Source: a virus
DNA length: 64,000 nucleotides
Reading direction: 5' to 3' (one strand)
Virus record (IMG/VR): IMGVR_UViG_3300047548_001509
Coordinates: 1-64,000 of that record
Numbering within the stretch: the stretch's first letter is position 1; every line of letters starts with the position of its first letter. Under the pieces are notes generated by a model, which saw only the letters and a list, made by a program, of their open reading frames with translations, did not search any database and was not told the DNA's origin. A program made the position numbers and the translations under genes. This document shows, piece after piece, positions 29,022 to 38,864 of this stretch.

Positions 29022-29905
29022 CCGTAAATTCTTGTTTTAGTTTTATAATTCTCAAATTCTTCAACACATTGATCATATGTAAAAAGTTTACCATCTCTAT
29101 CTATATACGTATGGTTTCTGAAAATATTATAACCACATGACCAATATCCATCAGAAACATTATGTCTTGCCCAATATTTTGGAGCTAATATATACTCATT
29201 ACGATCACTAATAAGTGTAGCAAAATATGGAAAGCTGGAATTTGAAAGTATTAAATACTTTGCATTTTTTATAATTGTAAAGTCGTCAGATATATTACCA
29301 TGATAAATTATAAAATCAGGAAAAAACTGCTTAGCAGCTTCTGGATCATCTGTTACTACAACAAATCTCATTTTCGGGTTAATGAATTTCATTTGTTTTA
29401 TTGCATCTTCCCAGTACTGCTTTCTTAAAAAGAATCCACTTACTGCTTTATATTCACCCCCTCTAAAATTAATAATACATGTATTATCATCAGCAAAGTT
29501 AAAATTATCCTTATCAGGCAATACTTGCAGCCAATCTTTTATTTCTTTTTTTCTATGTATAATCTTATTTTCAGATTGGAATATCCCATCAATTTTTGTA
29601 TTGTCCGGTAACCTATTTAAATTGGGGTCGTCTATTGTTATATTTGCCCCGTTATAATATTGCCACTGCTCCTTATAATAATATTTTATACCATCGGGAA
29701 GAGTAGTCGGTGGTCCACCCTCTGGTCCGTCGCCACCTGATACGGGTATACCGCTATCTAACTTAATAAAGTCATTACATTTAAACTTATATGAATTCAT
29801 TATGCCATATTCATACCCTAGGTCTTTTGCAATTACTCTTGTAGTTACATAACATGCTAATTGATTACCTAACCCCTGACCATTATAAATTTCAGTTACT
29901 AACAT
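29018..29905 (-). CDS. Glycosyltransferase family 11-like
   Basis: GQGLGNQL, FQSE, NFRGGEY, VVTDD, ILSNSSF. Confidence 0.8.
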   Translation of the reverse strand: MLVTEIYNGQGLGNQLACYVTTRVIAKDLGYEYGIMNSYKFKCNDFIKLDSGIPVSGGDGPEGGPPTTLPDGIKYYYKEQWQYYNGANITIDDPNLNRLPDNTKIDGIFQSENKIIHRKKEIKDWLQVLPDKDNFNFADDNTCIINFRGGEYKAVSGFFLRKQYWEDAIKQMKFINPKMRFVVVTDDPEAAKQFFPDFIIYHGNISDDFTIIKNAKYLILSNSSFPYFATLISDRNEYILAPKYWARHNVSDGYWSCGYNIFRNHTYIDRDGKLFTYDQCVEEFENYKTKTRIYG

Positions 29906-31187
29906 ATCTTTTTAATATAGTCAATCCATTATTATTATCAAATTTTTCCACTAAGACCCATTCTTGTGTGTTAATTAATTCTTCAATAGGTTTCCATATT
30001 CCGTCTTTACCTTTTGTTTCACCACTAGTTGCGAATGTTGTGGTATCATGAAATATAATATACTTTTGAACTTTGTCTTTATGGTTCTTAATTTCTTCTC
30101 TAATTTGATCTTCATCATGTAAAGTATCAATAAACAATAGATCACATTCTGGGATATTAACTGTTCTTGAATCTGATAACTTAAATTCAAAATCAATTCC
30201 GTTTTGTATACATAATGATTCAACGTCTTCTAATTTTGACGCTCCTGGTATAAACGAATATGAGTCAGGATGAGCAATATCAACAGAAACCATTCTTTGA
30301 GGCTTACCGGCAAGGAATGCCCATGTTGATACAATAGATCTCATCCCTAGCTCCACTATAGTTTTACACTTTGATGCGTAAAATGTTAGAGTATCTAGAT
30401 GTTCTCTTATATCTATTGCCGCTGTTGGGTGTCTCTTTAAGAACAATACCTTTTGTTCGAATTCATTCATCTTACTCAGTATGTACTCTTGTTCTTTTTT
30501 CTTAACATCTTCTGTTATTAGTGTATTTGTTACTTGTCCAGACCATAAAGTATTAACAATGCTGTCATGCTCAATAACGACAGGTTTACCATATTTGATA
30601 AACATTCGATGGTAAAATTCAGTATCCATGTACCATATTAAATTTCCATCAAAAAAGTTACCCTCATTTGGAAATACAATACAAGAAGGAGGTCCTATGG
30701 TATTATTACCAGACTGTATATCAGCATTATAATATGGTGTTCTGTGTCTAAAATGTTCACCATTACTCATATGATAATGGTGATAGCTTTGAATGGCCCA
30801 ACATTTGATGTTATTATCTATAACATCAAAAATATAACTCAGAGCTTTATTATTACTAAAATAATCATCCTGGAATATAGGCTTGATATAATCACCTTTA
30901 CTATTTTTGATACAATTATTAATATTGTGTGATGAAGAACCCCTTTGTTCAGTATTTTTTACATAATTAATAGCAAGAGCTTTCTTGCCAATATAATCAT
31001 CAACAAGTTTATATATTCTATCATCTTCAGAATGGTCACTTATTACAATTTCTGTTCGATATCTTTGATCATCAGATACTAATTGAGTTACAATCGATTG
31101 AAGAAGAATATCTAAAAATGTAGTACCAGATCCATGCATTTCATAGCACGGAATACAAATTGATAATGTTGGTTTTAATTTTTCCAT
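29892..31187 (-). CDS. GT2 glycosyltransferase fused to a SAM methyltransferase
   Basis: N: SICIPCYE, ISDHS, FQDD; C: VELGMRS, LLFIDTLH, IFHDT. Confidence 0.8.
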   Translation of the reverse strand: MEKLKPTLSICIPCYEMHGSGTTFLDILLQSIVTQLVSDDQRYRTEIVISDHSEDDRIYKLVDDYIGKKALAINYVKNTEQRGSSSHNINNCIKNSKGDYIKPIFQDDYFSNNKALSYIFDVIDNNIKCWAIQSYHHYHMSNGEHFRHRTPYYNADIQSGNNTIGPPSCIVFPNEGNFFDGNLIWYMDTEFYHRMFIKYGKPVVIEHDSIVNTLWSGQVTNTLITEDVKKKEQEYILSKMNEFEQKVLFLKRHPTAAIDIREHLDTLTFYASKCKTIVELGMRSIVSTWAFLAGKPQRMVSVDIAHPDSYSFIPGASKLEDVESLCIQNGIDFEFKLSDSRTVNIPECDLLFIDTLHDEDQIREEIKNHKDKVQKYIIFHDTTTFATSGETKGKDGIWKPIEELINTQEWVLVEKFDNNNGLTILKRYVSN

Positions 31188-31987
31188 GTCTTAATATAAT
31201 TTTCTAATTCTTCTTTTGTGCAGTGACCAACAAATTCACTATGTTGGTAATTTTGTTGATAGAACGGGTGTTTTTCTCTCACTGTATTATCATGTGGTAG
31301 ATGCCAAGCGATCGCCTTTGGGTCTTTAACTCTCTCAAGTTCGAATCCGAGCTTTGTATATCTATTCGATATTTCGTCATCTTCAAATCCCCAACCAATA
31401 AAATTCGTATTATACCCACCGCAATACTCGAATGCTTCTCTAGAAAACATAACAGAACCACCTTTACTCATTGGATGAGCTACAAGAAAATTTTCTGTTT
31501 CAAAATATGGCACTGGCTTTAGAGTATGTATTAAATCTTCAAGTGGTGTAATATCAAGTGTTTTATCAAATTCTTCACTATTATGTTTCTTGAGATGAAC
31601 AAACATCCCACTGTATGGATAAACAACACCAACTTTTGGATTTTGTTCAAATATCTTTATTGCGTCTAGAATATATTTTGGATTTATAAAGACATCTGTA
31701 TCACCAGCAATGAGATATTTTCTTTTTGAGAACTTCGCTGCTTCGTTAAACGCTTTTGTTCTCCAGTAAGTACCACTATTTTGCTGAAATAGTACCCAAC
31801 AATTATATGTTCTATGAAGCCTATCAAGATCTGGATCTATATCTTTATCATCATTAACAATAATAATGCTGAGGTTGGGTGCATATTTTCTATAGAACTT
31901 CATTACAGTTTCCAAATTAGTAAGACGTTGTTCAACATCTCTTCTAAAATGAATCATTAATGCTACATCACTTAAGTCAATTTTCAT
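31175..31987 (-). CDS. GT2/GT7-like glycosyltransferase
   Basis: AGDTDV; GGYNTNFIGWGFEDDE; WHLPH. Confidence 0.8.
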   Translation of the reverse strand: MKIDLSDVALMIHFRRDVEQRLTNLETVMKFYRKYAPNLSIIIVNDDKDIDPDLDRLHRTYNCWVLFQQNSGTYWRTKAFNEAAKFSKRKYLIAGDTDVFINPKYILDAIKIFEQNPKVGVVYPYSGMFVHLKKHNSEEFDKTLDITPLEDLIHTLKPVPYFETENFLVAHPMSKGGSVMFSREAFEYCGGYNTNFIGWGFEDDEISNRYTKLGFELERVKDPKAIAWHLPHDNTVREKHPFYQQNYQHSEFVGHCTKEELENYIKTWKN

Positions 31988-32823
31988 ATCTTATACCAAA
32001 AAGGGTCGTATAAATCATCTGTATCTTGAGGCCCGTTTGCTCCAAACCATTTTTTTGGAGCAACAACTGAATTACCTCGGTGTTTTCCTAAAAACGCACC
32101 CCACCATGAGAATGTACTGTTACTTATAATTAGTCTCTTACACATTGAGAGTGTATATAGATCTTGTAGCTCAGTACTACCTTCTGTTGAATAATATTTG
32201 TGACAAACAGTAGAGTTAAAAATATTTTCTTCATTTAGTGAATACCAATCATCACAACAAATTATAATATTATCAACAACATAATCAAGAGTTAGTGTGT
32301 TAGAACTATCAAGATAGTGAATAGCTTTATCGTAATAATCACGATTTAGACAGGGATGTATATTTTCATAATGAACATAATCACCTCTTCTAACATGACA
32401 ACCGATAATTGTTGCTGGGTCTAATTTTTCAGTTATCTTATTCCACTTCTCTTTATCGTTATCAGAGAAATAAAATAATTCTCTTACCTCTTCACGACAT
32501 TCTTGGAAATATTTTTCTGATTGCCAATAACCGTCAATAAGTATGTCTCCCTCAATTTTAGGAAGTTCTTGATATACAAATCCTTTCTCAATTACTGACT
32601 GTTTGGGTACTATATCAGTTGTTGGAATATTTTTGAATATAGTACTTTTATATTTGTCTGGGGACTTTCCTTGACCACCATGGTGTGGAATGTTATAATT
32701 AATTGCAAATTCAGTACCCAATTGTTTCGCATATGCATAAGCACATGCTATCTGAAACATTTGATTACCTAATCCACCTTTAAGATTTGGTACTACCATA
32801 TTTTTGCTTAATGAATTTAACAA
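31984..32823 (-). CDS. Glycosyltransferase family 11 (alpha-1,2-fucosyltransferase-like)
   Basis: GGLGNQMFQ, GYWQSEKYF, HVRRGDY, SNSTFSWWGA. Confidence 0.9.
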   Translation of the reverse strand: MLNSLSKNMVVPNLKGGLGNQMFQIACAYAYAKQLGTEFAINYNIPHHGGQGKSPDKYKSTIFKNIPTTDIVPKQSVIEKGFVYQELPKIEGDILIDGYWQSEKYFQECREEVRELFYFSDNDKEKWNKITEKLDPATIIGCHVRRGDYVHYENIHPCLNRDYYDKAIHYLDSSNTLTLDYVVDNIIICCDDWYSLNEENIFNSTVCHKYYSTEGSTELQDLYTLSMCKRLIISNSTFSWWGAFLGKHRGNSVVAPKKWFGANGPQDTDDLYDPFWYKI

Positions 32824-33592
32824 CTTCTTCTTCTGGTGTATCTTTTACGCCTTCAGGTCCAAAAGGTAAGACACCAAACTGCTCTTTAAAGAGCTGCATT
32901 GATTGTTGTATGTTACTTACCCATTTATCATGTTGCTCTGGTGTCTTTATAGATGATGATTCTTCAGAGCATTTTTGTTCTCTAATATAATCTGTTGACT
33001 TCCATACATCTGACCACCACCAATATGGTGTAGATAATCCATTAAGTGCAAGCTTATATGAGTGTGATACATGATCAAATGCGTTTTTATACTTTTCATC
33101 TATTAATCCTGTTTGAACTAAAGACCCTCTTGTATAGTAACAAAATGCTCCAACGCAATGTCTGTTTAAGGCTAATTTAGTATCTTCTGAATATTCTAAA
33201 ATTAATCGAGGAGCCGGAGAACCTTTTGATATATTATTTTTGTTGGCTGGCCCATGGTAACCAAACATTAAATGCTGTATGCCTGTTTCTTTTGATGTGT
33301 TAATATATTTATCAAAAATATCTTCGCGAAGAAGTTCCATGTCATCTTCTATGATGAATATATGTTCACATTTTTTATCAATTAGGTATTTTAGAGCTTC
33401 GTTTTTACTTCCACCCACACCAACATTTGTCAGATGATTTATCGTTTTACAGTCGTATATTTCTTCTAGTGGAGACCCATCATTAATTATAATGAGTTCA
33501 TCTACTTTATTTTTTGGAATAGAATTATAACAGACCTTTAACATATCTGGTCTATTACAAGTGATTATCCCAACACCAACCTTTTCAATCAT
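32780..33592 (-). CDS. GT2 glycosyltransferase
   Basis: GIITCNR, IINDGS, NVGVG..KN, IIEDD. Confidence 0.85.
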   Translation of the reverse strand: MIEKVGVGIITCNRPDMLKVCYNSIPKNKVDELIIINDGSPLEEIYDCKTINHLTNVGVGGSKNEALKYLIDKKCEHIFIIEDDMELLREDIFDKYINTSKETGIQHLMFGYHGPANKNNISKGSPAPRLILEYSEDTKLALNRHCVGAFCYYTRGSLVQTGLIDEKYKNAFDHVSHSYKLALNGLSTPYWWWSDVWKSTDYIREQKCSEESSSIKTPEQHDKWVSNIQQSMQLFKEQFGVLPFGPEGVKDTPEEEVVKFIKQKYGSTKS

Positions 33593-33625
33593 TACATTAT
33601 AATAGAGACTAAATAATGTAAATCC

Positions 33626-33964
33626 ATGTCTAAATTTACCAAAATACTAGAAAACGCTGATCCTCAACTGCAAGATAATGATGATATGAAGCTCCTAAAT
33701 GCTCTTCATAAAGTATGTAACGGTTTAGGATATAATTGCAGCCTTGAAGGTAGTACATTAACCATTTCCCTCACAGAAGAAGAACAAGAAACACAAGCTG
33801 ATATGATAAGTACAATATCTGCAATTGCACAGCTTCCGGACCAGGGAATGGGGAAGCAGTTAATGTCTGCAACAGCACGTAAGCTTCAAATGGCAAAACG
33901 AAAGATGGCAGACGGAGCTGAAAAAATTGCAGATAAATTTCTTAGAGCAGCTTCTCAGCGTTAA
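33626..33964 (+). CDS. Hypothetical late protein, capsid-targeting-like N-terminus
   Basis: MSKFTKILEN; TAAATA upstream. Confidence 0.6.
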   Translation: MSKFTKILENADPQLQDNDDMKLLNALHKVCNGLGYNCSLEGSTLTISLTEEEQETQADMISTISAIAQLPDQGMGKQLMSATARKLQMAKRKMADGAEKIADKFLRAASQR

Positions 33965-33967
33965 TTT

Positions 33968-34309
33968 ATGAAATCAAAAACCGTACAGCTAATAAACACT
34001 TTTTTTGAACAGGTTGATCCATCACAGGTGCAACCTGATGATAATTTAATGCCTGATGCAACTAATGTTCAAGATACAGAAGAAGTTTCAAATGAAATTA
34101 CTGCAAATCAAATTGTAAATCTTGCAACAATAATGAGAGATTTTATTGTTAATATGTCTCAATTTGGTAATAAATTAGATACTGATGAGGTTGCAAGACT
34201 ATCTGGAGATAAAATAACAGCAGAAAATGCAATGCAAAAAATCTCAGAATATTCAAGAATTGCGACTAGTAAGCAACCTGACATGGGTGTAAATATTCCA
34301 TTAACATGA
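33968..34309 (+). CDS. Hypothetical protein
   Basis: Coupled ORF; LINTFFEQ N-terminus. Confidence 0.6.
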   Translation: MKSKTVQLINTFFEQVDPSQVQPDDNLMPDATNVQDTEEVSNEITANQIVNLATIMRDFIVNMSQFGNKLDTDEVARLSGDKITAENAMQKISEYSRIATSKQPDMGVNIPLT

Positions 34310-35742
34310 TCAATACATTATATGACAGAATGGTTTCAACACAACCAACAAAATCATTAGTAGACGCATATAAGTCTATTAATGAAGCAACAGTTGTTGT
34401 AGATTTTGGTCAAGGTCATATTAAGCAATTAGAAGTAGATAATAATGTTGCTCGTGAAATATTATCACATAGTCAGAAAATTACCACCGACTATGATAAT
34501 CTAATTGATGAGTGGATTAAGACCGGGGGGTGGAATACATCTGAAGAGATTAATATTATCAAACCAATAATCATCAAAGCTCTTGAAGGTAGTATAAGAT
34601 TAACAAACAGGGGTGTTTTCTCACAGGTCATAAAAGAGATACAAAAGCTAACTAAGTTAAAGCCATCTCTTACAAATTTCGAAAGTAAGTTTCACTCAAA
34701 AAACTTTCTTGCGTTTATTGAAGATCTACGTACAAAGCACGATATTAAGATCATCACTAATCCTTCGGTAGTTTCTGTTATCAAAAATTCTAAGTTTCTG
34801 GTTGGTACCGTATCAGTAGGCCCTGGAGAATTATTAATCACTTTATTTTCTGGTTCACAAAAATCTGACATCGGTGATATTAAATTACTAAACGGTCAGA
34901 TGGTTGAAATTAAAGGATCTGGTGGTAGAGCTGGTAAAGGCCCATGGAATGATAGGGCTCTAAAATCAGCTGCTGATATAGCAGGACTACTAAAAAATAA
35001 TACATATATACAGCAACACCTTTCCAACATTACAACAAAAATCAGTAAAGTTGCAAAAAATTTATCTTCCAAATTATCTAAGTTTACTCCTGGAACAAAA
35101 CAAATTGTGGGTAAAAATGACGCTGTAAGAATTAAAGCATTAATAGACTATATCTATTATAATGCTAATAATTTACATCAAAAAAATATTGAGAAGATTG
35201 TATCTTTTAATCATCTCAAGCCTGAGAACCTCAGAAATGCAAGTAGTTATTTCACCCAAACTCTAAACATTAATATTCTTCCAGAGCTTCAAAATCTAAT
35301 CAATGATTTGAATTTGCTATTCAAAGATAGGACACAGGGTGGCCAGACAGCAATGTTCAGACAATTTTTTGAATTGTTTAATCATAGTACAGGTTCAAAA
35401 CCTATTGAAGAACTAACAAAAATTATTTCTCAGTATTCAATGAGACCAGAAGTAGTTACAAAAGATATCAAAAAATATCTAAGCTCTAATTTTGGCTCTA
35501 TACCTATTGAGAGACTTGCAAGTCAAATAATAGCATCACTACAATTAACAGATTATCAAAATAAAGAAAAATTTACATATCTGCTTTTCTACGATAAATT
35601 TTCAGACAAGCAGCTCGTAATTGGGGAGTTTACAGATGATTATCATGACAACTTTAAAAAGATATTAACTAAGTCAAAATTCTTCAATGTTGATCCAACT
35701 ATTGTCAGAGGTGATGGATTTGGTATTACTATTAATATATGA
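34306..35742 (+). CDS. Protein with PD-(D/E)XK nuclease-like core
   Basis: VGPGELL..GDIKL..MVEIKG. Confidence 0.5.
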   Translation: MINTLYDRMVSTQPTKSLVDAYKSINEATVVVDFGQGHIKQLEVDNNVAREILSHSQKITTDYDNLIDEWIKTGGWNTSEEINIIKPIIIKALEGSIRLTNRGVFSQVIKEIQKLTKLKPSLTNFESKFHSKNFLAFIEDLRTKHDIKIITNPSVVSVIKNSKFLVGTVSVGPGELLITLFSGSQKSDIGDIKLLNGQMVEIKGSGGRAGKGPWNDRALKSAADIAGLLKNNTYIQQHLSNITTKISKVAKNLSSKLSKFTPGTKQIVGKNDAVRIKALIDYIYYNANNLHQKNIEKIVSFNHLKPENLRNASSYFTQTLNINILPELQNLINDLNLLFKDRTQGGQTAMFRQFFELFNHSTGSKPIEELTKIISQYSMRPEVVTKDIKKYLSSNFGSIPIERLASQIIASLQLTDYQNKEKFTYLLFYDKFSDKQLVIGEFTDDYHDNFKKILTKSKFFNVDPTIVRGDGFGITINI

Positions 35743-36458
35743 TCAAATTTAAAGACTTTTTTTTACTCAAAGAAGGTGGTAATGTTTTTAAAACACACCC
35801 AACCTCGAGAATTTCTCTCCAACATATACCTCAAACACTCAGTTTTTTGAGTAGTATTGTTGGGTGGGACGTATCTAAGAATTTATTAGGTTCAACAGGT
35901 AAAAAACCAACATCAGGAGACATTGATATTGCTGTTGATCAGCAAAAAATATCAAAGAAAAATTTTGAACAACTTTTAATAAAGTGGTGTGAAGATAGAA
36001 ATTTAAATCCGAAAGATTATGTTGCAAAATCTGGTATAAGTGTACATTTTAGAACACCAATTGCAAATACAGAAGATTTTGTACAGACAGATTTCATGTT
36101 TTACGATGATGTAAATTTTGCTCAATTTGCAGCGAGTAATGATGAGACACCTCCTCTAAAGGGTGTTCATCGCCATATGGTACTCTCAAATTTGGCAAAA
36201 AATTTGGGATATAAATGGTCTGTCACTGCAGGGTTAAAAAGTAGACAAACGGATCAAGTTATTGAGTCACATAATCCAGATAATGTTGCTCGACTCATTT
36301 TAAATGATAAAAGTGCGACAGCTAAAAATATTATAAACATACCAGCAATCTTTGAATTTCTAAAGCGTAAATATAGTGTTGATATGATTCAAGATATGGT
36401 TAGAGAAGCTCATGATACAATTTTAAAAGAAGGGATAGATATATATGATCAGCTTTAA
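35739..36458 (+). CDS. DNA polymerase beta-superfamily nucleotidyltransferase
   Basis: LGSTG..SGDIDIAVD and third Asp in VQTDFM. Confidence 0.8.
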   Translation: MIKFKDFFLLKEGGNVFKTHPTSRISLQHIPQTLSFLSSIVGWDVSKNLLGSTGKKPTSGDIDIAVDQQKISKKNFEQLLIKWCEDRNLNPKDYVAKSGISVHFRTPIANTEDFVQTDFMFYDDVNFAQFAASNDETPPLKGVHRHMVLSNLAKNLGYKWSVTAGLKSRQTDQVIESHNPDNVARLILNDKSATAKNIINIPAIFEFLKRKYSVDMIQDMVREAHDTILKEGIDIYDQL

Positions 36459-37428
36459 GAGTTTTTTTATTGAAAATAATATTGGTGATCGTGTTGGTAT
36501 ACAACATTTGTATTCAGATTATAAACCAACAGAATACTCTATGTCTTTCGAAAACCTGGAGACTCTTATAGATTCTCTCAAAATGTCAAGGGGGCTTATA
36601 CAGCCTGGTAATTCACAGTTATCTGAAAAAGCTGATGGTATGGCTGTTAAATTTGGATTAGATCCTAATTTTAATTTCTTTCTTCAGTCTAGTTATAGTG
36701 GTCCTGTTTTTGATGGTAATTTTGATGGTAAAATAAAACATCCACCTACAAAAGTGGCTTTTGAAGAAGAGTTTCCAAAACTTAAAAAGCTTATATCACC
36801 GGTATTAAAAAGAATAGCTAAACAACACAAATTAAAAGGAATAAGGGTGAACTGTGAATGGTTATACTCTCCATTTGCTATTCATAGAGAAAATAAACCT
36901 GGGTTTGTTTATTTTGTCGCAACAAATTATAGTTTGGATAAGATTGGTAAGTGGTCAACTTTTCCAATTATTAACGCAACAGACTTTCAGGGTAATCCTA
37001 TTGATGATAGTATTTTTACTGAAATTGTACACAGCTTAAGTAGCTTATCAAATGATGACATTAAATTTGTAGATCTCAATGTAGTAGAGTTTCCTGTTAT
37101 TGATTTACGTGCTGAAACTATTGAAGCTGAAAAAGTTATAAACTCTTTCAAACTTAATAATCCGGATTACGAAGAGGTATTATATTCGGGTTCTAGAAAA
37201 CGTGAAGACCATGTTAAGAAAAAACAAATGAGACAAAGTCTTATTAATTCACTCTTACACATCCAAAAAGCAATGCATGTTAAAATACAAGAGGTTATTA
37301 CAAATATTGAAGGTAAGCTTGGTGAGTACGAAGGTATGGTGTTTAAACTACAGACACCATCAGGTAAGCCATTTTTGTTTAAAGTTATATCACCATCTTT
37401 TCACGAACAAAAAGGGAGAACTATATGA
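36445..37428 (+). CDS. ATP-dependent ligase-like nucleotidyltransferase (DUF6267-like)
   Basis: Motif I SEKADG, motif IV YEGMVFK, motif V-like FKV. Confidence 0.6.
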   Translation: MISFKSFFIENNIGDRVGIQHLYSDYKPTEYSMSFENLETLIDSLKMSRGLIQPGNSQLSEKADGMAVKFGLDPNFNFFLQSSYSGPVFDGNFDGKIKHPPTKVAFEEEFPKLKKLISPVLKRIAKQHKLKGIRVNCEWLYSPFAIHRENKPGFVYFVATNYSLDKIGKWSTFPIINATDFQGNPIDDSIFTEIVHSLSSLSNDDIKFVDLNVVEFPVIDLRAETIEAEKVINSFKLNNPDYEEVLYSGSRKREDHVKKKQMRQSLINSLLHIQKAMHVKIQEVITNIEGKLGEYEGMVFKLQTPSGKPFLFKVISPSFHEQKGRTI

Positions 37429-37970
37429 ACTTCAAAACATTCTTCGAAAATTATAAACAAAAATCCATCGCCGTTTTTCCCGGGGGTTCAAAACCCCCAC
37501 ATAAAGGTCACTTTAAAGCTCTTGAATATCTCCTTCAAACATGTGATGAAGGGGTTGTGTACATTGGTAACCAAGTGAGAGACGGTATAACAGCTGCAAT
37601 GGCTGAGCAAATTTGGGAAATTTATAAGAAGTATCTTCCGGTACCAGTAAGTGTATATATCTCCCCAGTAACACCCGTTAAATCTGTATATGATTTTGCT
37701 GATAACAATTTAGATAAACGAATCGTTGTTGGAGCAGGGGATAAAGATGATGATATTAAGCGGTATGCATACTTTATGAAGAATGTTCAGAAGTATCCTT
37801 TCGTTGAAGTTGTAAAGATTCCAATTCAAGAAGGTGGTATTTCTGGTTCAGTAACCCGACAAAGAATACAATCTGGTGATCCAAATGTTGTGGATTATTT
37901 TGTCCCTGATGTTGTATCTCCAGAAGATCGTGAAAAAATTAAACAAATTTTAGGACTAAATAGTAGATGA
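37425..37970 (+). CDS. HIGH-motif cytidylyl/adenylyltransferase-like protein
   Basis: FPGGSKPPHKGH; ISGSVTR. Confidence 0.8.
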   Translation: MNFKTFFENYKQKSIAVFPGGSKPPHKGHFKALEYLLQTCDEGVVYIGNQVRDGITAAMAEQIWEIYKKYLPVPVSVYISPVTPVKSVYDFADNNLDKRIVVGAGDKDDDIKRYAYFMKNVQKYPFVEVVKIPIQEGGISGSVTRQRIQSGDPNVVDYFVPDVVSPEDREKIKQILGLNSR

Positions 37971-38332
37971 CCAGAAAAGAGATCAATACAATGGGTAAAC
38001 TTTATGAGTCTGTTGTTTTTGTTGCAAAACAACAAGACCTATCAAGCGAGCCTTCCCCTGCTGATAAATTTCATACACAGTTAAAGTCAGTTCTTGGTCA
38101 AACAACAAATCCAGATGAATGTGGTGACCCAGGAGATATTGAATTAGCTTTATCCGACTTAAAAAAACTTCATGAATACTCCAAAAAACTGCACTCTTTA
38201 ATTCAAAATAAACAAGATGTTGATGGGTGGATGCAATCAAAAATTACTAAAGCAGCTGATTATGTTTCAGAAGTCTATCATCGTTTAGATTCTATAGAAT
38301 CAGAAGGAGATATGTGTTGTGATGAATTTTAA
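37967..38332 (+). CDS. Hypothetical protein of a T4-like phage family
   Basis: WMQSKITKAADY segment; KLYES N-terminal motif. Confidence 0.6.
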   Translation: MTRKEINTMGKLYESVVFVAKQQDLSSEPSPADKFHTQLKSVLGQTTNPDECGDPGDIELALSDLKKLHEYSKKLHSLIQNKQDVDGWMQSKITKAADYVSEVYHRLDSIESEGDMCCDEF

Positions 38333-38756
38333 AGAATTCTACATTGAAAAAACAATTATTGGGCTCGTTGAAGAAATAACAATTGACGAGCTTGGTCCTG
38401 TTCCATGTAAGGTTGATTCAGGTAATGGTGCTTATAATGTTCTTCATGGTGAAAATATTAGACATGGATCTGGAACAGTAAAGTTTGATACTGTTCATAA
38501 TAAAACTCTTCAAAAAGATGTTGTTGATACTATTGTTATCAATGTTGGAGCTGGTAATACAGAAGAGAGACCCATAGTACTGTTCGATATCAAGCTTGGT
38601 GATAAGGTGTTTAAGAATGTAAAATTCTCTATTGGTAATAGAACCACAAACGAATATCCTGTATTAATCGGTGCTACATTTATCAAAGAACTTGACGCGC
38701 TTATTGATATTTCCCAAAAAAATATATTTTCTCAAAATTTGACAGTTGATTTATAA
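38319..38756 (+). CDS. Retropepsin-like aspartic protease (RimK-associated type)
   Basis: IGLVE..KVDSGNG..ERP..NR..YPVLIG. Confidence 0.75.
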   Translation: MMNFKEFYIEKTIIGLVEEITIDELGPVPCKVDSGNGAYNVLHGENIRHGSGTVKFDTVHNKTLQKDVVDTIVINVGAGNTEERPIVLFDIKLGDKVFKNVKFSIGNRTTNEYPVLIGATFIKELDALIDISQKNIFSQNLTVDL

Positions 38757-38864
38757 TCCGCGGAGACTAACTATTCTTAGAATAAGAAAATTGGGAAGCT
38801 GGGAAGCCAAAAGCAAAAACAGTATTTCAGTTGTTTTTCATAAATTCTAATAAATAGTTAGAAT

